From Thermodesulfovibrionales bacterium (lineage in GTDB: Bacteria; Nitrospirota; Thermodesulfovibrionia; Thermodesulfovibrionales; UBA1546), in the NCBI GenBank assembly GCA_919901705.1, contig CAKKPR010000313.1, positions 1 to 39,064 on the forward strand: DNA of 39,064 nt. Direction: 5' to 3'. Positions 35,066-39,064 of this stretch are shown here, piece by piece. The translations under genes were made by a program, and so were the position numbers. The notes beneath the pieces are model-generated. The model was not told the origin of the DNA and did not search any database. It saw only the letters and a program-made list of their open reading frames with translations. Positions within the stretch are counted from its first letter, which is position 1. Every line of letters starts with the position of its first letter.

Positions 35066-36103
35066 TTATTTCAATTCCTCTCGTATCGGTAATTTTAATG
35101 CATTAGCGTCCGGAAGTTTTCCTATCAGATATTTTGGTAATTTATTGGTAAGATAGTATTCCGCAACCCCGACAGGCTTTTTTACGCTGCGCAAAGCATA
35201 TTCTACTACGATGTTGTCCTTATCCGCGCACAAAATAATACCGATAGAAGGGTTCTCGTCTTTCAACCGCACCTGTTCGTCCAGTAAATTAAGATAAAAA
35301 TCCATTTTACCTGCATATTCCGGCTCAAACTTGCCGGTCTTAAGCTCAATCGCCACAAGGCATTTCAGAACACGGTTAAAAAACAGAAGGTCAACAAAAT
35401 ATTCGTTATTCCCCAACGTAAGCCGATGCTGATTCCCTATAAAAGAAAACCCCTTACCCAACTCAAGCATAAACCGCTTTATCTTTTCAATGAGGCGGCG
35501 TTCCAATTCCCGCTCAATAACGGGTTTTTTAATATCAAGAAAATCAAGGTTATAAACGCTTTTAATGGCTTCCTGAGTTTGCTCAGTTAAATGAACCGGC
35601 AAAGCGCGCTCAAAATTGTGTTGCTTCTGTTTTTGGCTCATTTGATACGCGCCGGCTTTAATCTGATTTAATAAAACATTACGGCTCCAACCCATTTCAA
35701 CTGACGCTTTCAAATAGTACGCTCTTTCTTTTTTGTTTTTGACTTGAGAAAAGATTAGGATATTATGTCCCCAAGGCAATTCTCCAACAAGCTGTTGGAG
35801 AATTGCGTCGTCTTTATATTCAAGGTAAAACTGACGCATATACCAGAGGTTTTGGACCGAAAAACCAAAAGTGCTCTTAAAATCTTCTTTCAAATCATTA
35901 GCGAGCTTCTCAACTACCGCGTCGCCCCACTTATATTTTTCCTGCCGCTCAATAATGCTTCTTCCGATATCCCAGTATAATTTTATAAGCTCCTTATTGA
36001 CCGACCGAACTGCCTTAATCCGCGCTGAAATAATGCGCGATTTAATTTCATTCAAGAACCTAATATATTCTTTGCCGATTATGTTTTTCATCCTAATGTG
36101 CAC
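35066..36103 (-). CDS. yhcG: YhcG-family PDDEXK nuclease-domain protein (DUF1016)
   Basis: N-terminal DUF1016-type region (WDIGRSIIERQ...WGDAVVEKLANDL...FSVQNLWYMRQFY...LPWGHNILI) and a C-terminal nuclease core (FVDLLFFNRVLKCLVAIELKTGKF). Confidence 0.88.
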   Translation of the reverse strand: MHIRMKNIIGKEYIRFLNEIKSRIISARIKAVRSVNKELIKLYWDIGRSIIERQEKYKWGDAVVEKLANDLKEDFKSTFGFSVQNLWYMRQFYLEYKDDAILQQLVGELPWGHNILIFSQVKNKKERAYYLKASVEMGWSRNVLLNQIKAGAYQMSQKQKQHNFERALPVHLTEQTQEAIKSVYNLDFLDIKKPVIERELERRLIEKIKRFMLELGKGFSFIGNQHRLTLGNNEYFVDLLFFNRVLKCLVAIELKTGKFEPEYAGKMDFYLNLLDEQVRLKDENPSIGIILCADKDNIVVEYALRSVKKPVGVAEYYLTNKLPKYLIGKLPDANALKLPIREELK

Positions 36104-36145
36104 CCATTGTCAGGCTTGACTATTGATATTTGAGAACGCCTAAAT

Positions 36146-36211
36146 GGCCCGATTCTTGTTTCTTGCATCCCACATTTTCCAGTCAAATCAATTTGTCCCT
36201 CACTGCTCCCC
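36146..36211. repeat. Island repeat, copy 2 (about 66 nt)
   Basis: ggcccgattcttgtttcttgcatcccacattttccagtcaaatcaatttgtccctcactgctcccc. It lacks about 9 nt relative to copy 1. Confidence 0.85.
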
Positions 36212-36212
36212 A

Positions 36213-36269
36213 TTATCCACTTTCCTCAATGTCTGCTATTGCTCTTTCGCTCCAAATTAGTTCTGCCAT
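36213..36269 (-). pseudogene. 5' stub (18 codons) of a ParE/RelE-type toxin gene, cut at the repeat boundary
   Basis: The ATG overlaps the antitoxin 3' end. MAELIWSERAIADIEESG matches the typical ParE N-terminus. The stop falls 2 nt from the edge of island repeat copy 2. Confidence 0.55.
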
Positions 36270-36454
36270 TTCCCTGATAATCTCTTCATGGCTTCGGAGT
36301 GCGAAAATGTACGCCCTTCGCGGATATCAGCCTCTCCACTTTGAATTTTCTGAAGCAAATACAGGCGGTACATCATTTCTTCGACATCCACCTCATCAGG
36401 CAGCTCTTTAAGTATTTTTTCAATCTCAGACTTTGAAACTTGCTTTGTTAACAT
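36257..36454 (-). CDS. Small antitoxin-like protein (partner type for a ParE/RelE toxin)
   Basis: The ATG at 36454 is preceded by GAAGGAGG. EEMMYRLYLLQKIQSGEADIREGRTFSHSEAMKRL is typical of a widespread small antitoxin family. The track start at 36481 is a TTG. Confidence 0.6.
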   Translation of the reverse strand: MLTKQVSKSEIEKILKELPDEVDVEEMMYRLYLLQKIQSGEADIREGRTFSHSEAMKRLSGKWQN

Positions 36455-36600
36455 ATCCCAACCTCCTTCTCGTTCCGGCAAGCGACAATCTCATTGTATA
36501 CATTCAGTAACCCTTTATTCATCTTATATAAATAATAGGTAATGCCAGGTCATTATTGCAAGATAATATCTTTAAACAAGACCCTTGGGGACATAAATAG

Positions 36601-36699
36601 TCATACTCCGTGTTTCCTCAAATCCCTCTTCGACAATCCAAAATAATGTCCAACCTCATGGACAAGATGAAGGAAAACAGAACTCCCATTTAACTTCAT
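36601..36699 (-). pseudogene. C-terminal remnant of a small zincin-like metallopeptidase (HExxH)
   Basis: The 32-codon ORF MKLNGSSVFLHLVHEVGHYFGLSKRDLRKHGV contains an HEVGH-YFGLS motif, as in the C-terminus of minimal zincin proteins. The N-terminal ~80 aa are absent. Confidence 0.4.
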
Positions 36700-36731
36700 T
36701 TATATTCCTATATTCTTCTCTCTACCTGCAA

Positions 36732-37268
36732 TTAATCTTCATACGGCCCAAGGAACCGCTCGCCGTTGAAATGAATAAGATGCGTCGGGGATTCGGCAAC
36801 CCAGACTTCCGTCTCCCACGAGATATCGTTAAGATACTTGATCATCGCTCGCCGTTCGAGAAACGCCGTCACAAATACCAACCCGATCTTTGATCCGGCA
36901 AAAAGCTCCTTTAGCTCCTGCCTGCGCTTAGGATTTACGGGGCCGTGACTGGTCACCGCTTCGATGAGAACAAGCCAGCCTTTTTCTACATGATGCACAA
37001 CAACATCCGGCATCTTTCCATGTTCCTCAATTTCAACTCCAATCGACCTTAGAGCGTTGGGATCAAAATATGACCATTTGTCCTTAGTATTGCTAACATA
37101 AAGTACACGCCCGGACGGGGTATACAGTGAGCACAAATCATCAAGGATCTTCTTTATCAATACACTCTGCCTGCCCGGCAAAAGTTTGATCTCCTCACCG
37201 TTCGACAACGCAACTGGAAGCCTCCGCATCTCACGCTCTTGCCCATAACGCTTTTCCAAAGTCTTCAT
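36732..37268 (-). CDS. BsuBI/PstI-family restriction endonuclease, C-terminal domain only (probably a truncated gene)
   Basis: HGKMPDVVVHHVEKGWLVLIEAVTSHGPVNPKRRQELKELFAGSKIGLVFVTAF...ISWETEVWVAESPTHLIHFNG matches my recollection of that family's C-terminal domain. The ~150-aa N-terminal domain is missing, and the upstream DNA is non-coding. Confidence 0.6.
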   Translation of the reverse strand: MKTLEKRYGQEREMRRLPVALSNGEEIKLLPGRQSVLIKKILDDLCSLYTPSGRVLYVSNTKDKWSYFDPNALRSIGVEIEEHGKMPDVVVHHVEKGWLVLIEAVTSHGPVNPKRRQELKELFAGSKIGLVFVTAFLERRAMIKYLNDISWETEVWVAESPTHLIHFNGERFLGPYED

Positions 37269-37342
37269 GGCTTGCCTATACTATCACTCTTGGCTTATTC
37301 AATACAAACACAAAATGATTTGTTACAGTAGAACCTTAATAT

Positions 37343-37378
37343 CCCAAATTGGGTTTATCGCGCACCATGTGGTATAAA
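37343..37378 (+). promoter_or_regulatory. Palindrome plus extended -10 promoter upstream of the HTH gene; predicts a leaderless mRNA
   Basis: cccaa-a-ttggg at 37343-37353. TGgTATAAA at 37370-37378 lies 8 nt before the GTG start at 37387. Confidence 0.45.
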
Positions 37379-37386
37379 GTGAGTTA

Positions 37387-37674
37387 GTGAAAAATTCGCC
37401 CTACAATATTGCCTACCTTGAATTACGTCGGATCCTTAAGGACTTACGAGAAGCGAAACATTTGACCCAAGCACAACTATCTCGTAAACTTTCGGTTCCC
37501 CAAAGCTTTGTCAGCAAGTATGAGACTGGCGAACGGCGGATAGATGTTATAGAAACCGCTCAGATTTGCCAAGCACTCGAAACGTCAATGACCCAGTTAT
37601 TATCTAAACTTTCGAAGCGGCTCAAACATACTGTTAAAATTAATCCAAAAAACTCAACAAATAGGGGGACATAA
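37387..37674 (+). CDS. XRE-family HTH protein (controller-protein-like or antitoxin-like)
   Basis: HTH segment LTQAQLSRKLSVPQSFVSKYETGERRID. Its stop overlaps the next gene's start (TAATG). Confidence 0.8.
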   Translation: MKNSPYNIAYLELRRILKDLREAKHLTQAQLSRKLSVPQSFVSKYETGERRIDVIETAQICQALETSMTQLLSKLSKRLKHTVKINPKNSTNRGT

Positions 37675-38201
37675 TGGCCGTCAAAACGATAAAAAAATCG
37701 GCGATTTCGCATACTCCCGAATTGACTACCCCAGCAATGACTGGGCTAGTGGAGAAAATAAGAGTTGGCAATGCAACGGCGCGCCGTGCGGCGCAAATCC
37801 TTGTAGAAAAGCAACTTGGCTTTACTCTGCCCACACCTAAACAGAAAAAAAATATTGTTGTTGCCTTTGTGAAGAGAGACATGATCGTCTACGGTCGCGC
37901 TTTTGACATTATTAAGCTTCTTGCACCTGTCGAACTCGACGATCTATCAGAAGTTGAAGAAAAAATAAATATGATTCAGCTTTTCGAGATCAAATCGACA
38001 AACAAAGATAAAATCAGCGACAACTTTCGAGGATATTTTTTTGGACTTACTGCCGCTGAAGTTCTTGTTGCCCAAAGTCTAAAACAACAGTTCAAATTTG
38101 CCTTGGTTAACACTCTTACAAAACACCACATCGAGCTCAGCTTGAGCGAGCTGTTCGGTCGAGCCAAAGGCATCTATCCCACTTGGAGCATTCTGTTCTA
38201 A
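37674..38201 (+). CDS. Hypothetical 175-aa protein with a possible PD-(D/E)xK nuclease motif
   Basis: Translationally coupled to the HTH gene. AFDIIKL followed ~27 aa later by LFEIKST fits a D...ExK pattern. I recognise no family. Confidence 0.45.
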   Translation: MAVKTIKKSAISHTPELTTPAMTGLVEKIRVGNATARRAAQILVEKQLGFTLPTPKQKKNIVVAFVKRDMIVYGRAFDIIKLLAPVELDDLSEVEEKINMIQLFEIKSTNKDKISDNFRGYFFGLTAAEVLVAQSLKQQFKFALVNTLTKHHIELSLSELFGRAKGIYPTWSILF

Positions 38202-38240
38202 TTAAATCTATCGTCCTTTGATGCCCCCCCTCCGGCCCCG

Positions 38241-38382
38241 CCTGTTCAAATAGCGACGCCATATTTCGCGCTATCATGGCGGGAGTAAAGAACTGGCCAA
38301 TCTTCGACCGTTCACGCCGAGAGGTAGCGCCGTTCAAAGACTTACGAACGATATCCATGGTATTTGATAGCTCAACTGTCAT
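38241..38382 (-). pseudogene. N-terminal fragment of an N6-adenine DNA methyltransferase
   Basis: MTVELSNTMDIVRKSLNGATSRRERSKIGQFFTPAMIARNMASLFEQ contains the GQFFTP..IA motif found near the N-terminus of gamma-class N6-adenine MTases. Similarity is lost about 40 nt from the end of the convergent 175-aa gene. A TATAAT at 38426-38431 (minus strand) lies upstream. Confidence 0.5.
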
Positions 38383-38544
38383 GAAATGATCAGATTCCTT
38401 TCGCCCTTGTCCGCATTGTACAAATATTATAGACATTACAAGTATAACAAATAGTTTTGTTCATTATGTTACTTCATATACTCCTTCTTAATCTCATCCT
38501 TCTCCATCCTTTTTTCAACAACATCCAGGGATATCAGGCATGGG

Positions 38545-38919
38545 TTACGCTTTTTTGATCAACTCCACAAGTTTTTCGAGCTTCTTTTCCGAAATCTTCT
38601 GCCCCCGCAGCGTTCTGAACAGGATAGGCAGACTCGCTGCAACAGACTCGTTTTTAAGCAGTGCCTCGGGGATTCGGCCTGCCTCAATCCGGGCAAGGTC
38701 GAAAAAAGTGTACCAGTCGTCCGAGCCCTTCTTGATGCCTAAAAAACGGGCATACTCCTCAAGCTTGTCGCTCCCCTGCGGCGGCTGCATAAGCCCTCGT
38801 TCCAGTCTGCTGATGTTGCCGGGATCAAGCTTATTTTCAGCGCAGAACTGACGCAAAGTCTTCCTAAGGGAAATTCGCTTCTCTTTAAAGAACTCACCAA
38901 AGGTTAGTTTGGCATCCAT
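38545..38919 (-). CDS. XRE-family HTH transcriptional regulator
   Basis: FGEFFKEKRISLRKTLRQFCAENKLDPGNISRLERG HTH region. The SD-like GGGGTGA lies 6 nt before the ATG. Confidence 0.8.
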   Translation of the reverse strand: MDAKLTFGEFFKEKRISLRKTLRQFCAENKLDPGNISRLERGLMQPPQGSDKLEEYARFLGIKKGSDDWYTFFDLARIEAGRIPEALLKNESVAASLPILFRTLRGQKISEKKLEKLVELIKKA

Positions 38920-38951
38920 TGAATGTCACCCCTTTCAGTATTGTTGTATTA

Positions 38952-38981
38952 ATATTACAACGGACGGGCTGTTGTTGTCAA
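38952..38981 (-). promoter_or_regulatory. Promoter candidate for the 38919 HTH gene
   Basis: On the minus strand: TTGACA (38976-38981), 18-nt spacer, TAATAT (38952-38957). A ttgta-N7-tacaa inverted repeat overlaps the -10 region. Confidence 0.4.
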
Positions 38982-39016
38982 GACAGCAGGAAATTTTGCA
39001 GCGCAGAGAAATTTTT

Positions 39017-39064
39017 AGGGCCAGGTCTTGTTTCTTGCATCCTACATTTTTCAGTCAAATCAAT
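39017..39064. repeat. Island repeat, copy 3 (truncated by the window end)
   Basis: gggccaggtcttgtttcttgcatcctacatttttcagtcaaatcaat aligns with copies 1 and 2 over all 48 visible nt. Confidence 0.85.

Noticed and set aside
36165-36185. Sigma54 promoter (TGG...TGC) on the minus strand within the island repeat (tggaaaatgtgggatgca).
   Set aside because: The GG-to-GC spacing is 12 nt rather than the required 10. Copy 1 also lacks both the GG and the GC dinucleotides at these positions.
38137-38436. The 99-aa minus-strand ORF as an intact gene.
   Set aside because: Its first 18 codons overlap a TATAAT promoter element. Only residues ~19-65 resemble a methyltransferase N-terminus. The remainder reads through a junction into the 3' end of the convergent gene. 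I reported it as a pseudogene fragment instead.
38437-38544. Short ORFs (9-12 codons) downstream of the 38545 HTH gene as a toxin partner.
   Set aside because: They are too short and have no RBS. The region is better explained as promoter and leader DNA of the methyltransferase remnant.
34768-39064. Island repeats as integron attC sites.
   Set aside because: I could not find the RYYYAAC / GTTRRRY inverted core sites or an extended imperfect palindrome. One delimited segment is 2.8 kb with genes on both strands, and no intI-like gene is in the window. I kept it as an unclassified junction repeat instead.

Overview
This is a 39-kb chromosomal segment from a lipid A-making (diderm) bacterium of moderate GC. 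I cannot assign a taxon from the sequence alone.

Core content, left to right:
- a REC/HD-GYP response regulator (+ strand);
- a minus-strand lipid A operon, lpxD-fabZ-lpxA-lpxI, followed by a translationally coupled NagA-like amidohydrolase;
- a tandem-PilZ protein;
- a 13-haem cytochrome c with predicted hydrophobic segments at both ends, plus a b-type cytochrome;
- a complete, tightly packed minus-strand dcw cluster (14.1-33.2 kb): mraZ-rsmH-ftsL-ftsI-murE-murF-mraY-[S11 carboxypeptidase]-murD-ftsW-murG-murC-murB-ddl-ftsQ-ftsA-ftsZ.

Two mosaic accessory islands bracket the dcw cluster:
- 9.5-14.1 kb: an AT-rich repeat-dense spacer, an orphan membrane/Cys protein, a HigBA-like pair, a DUF4143-type ATPase and VapBC.
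- 33.2-39.1 kb: an unknown two-gene module, a YhcG-like nuclease with a small partner, an orphan antitoxin with a truncated ParE-like toxin, a zincin remnant, a decayed PstI/BsuBI-like R-M locus interrupted by an HTH plus putative PD-(D/E)xK cassette, and a further HTH gene.

The most unusual signals are at the DNA level:
- A family of GC-rich quasi-palindromic mini-elements with tandem 7-8-nt flanks lies in-frame inside essential genes (murD, murE, the carboxypeptidase). Weaker relatives occur elsewhere.
- A C-run/G-run hairpin element lies inside murE, with non-coding copies at the window start.
- Heptamer arrays occur as exactly three perfect copies inside coding sequence.
- A 65-75-nt conserved repeat (3 copies, the last cut by the window end) partitions the right-hand island. 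One copy coincides with the truncation point of a toxin gene.

I recognised no rRNA, tRNA, CRISPR array, transposase or integrase.
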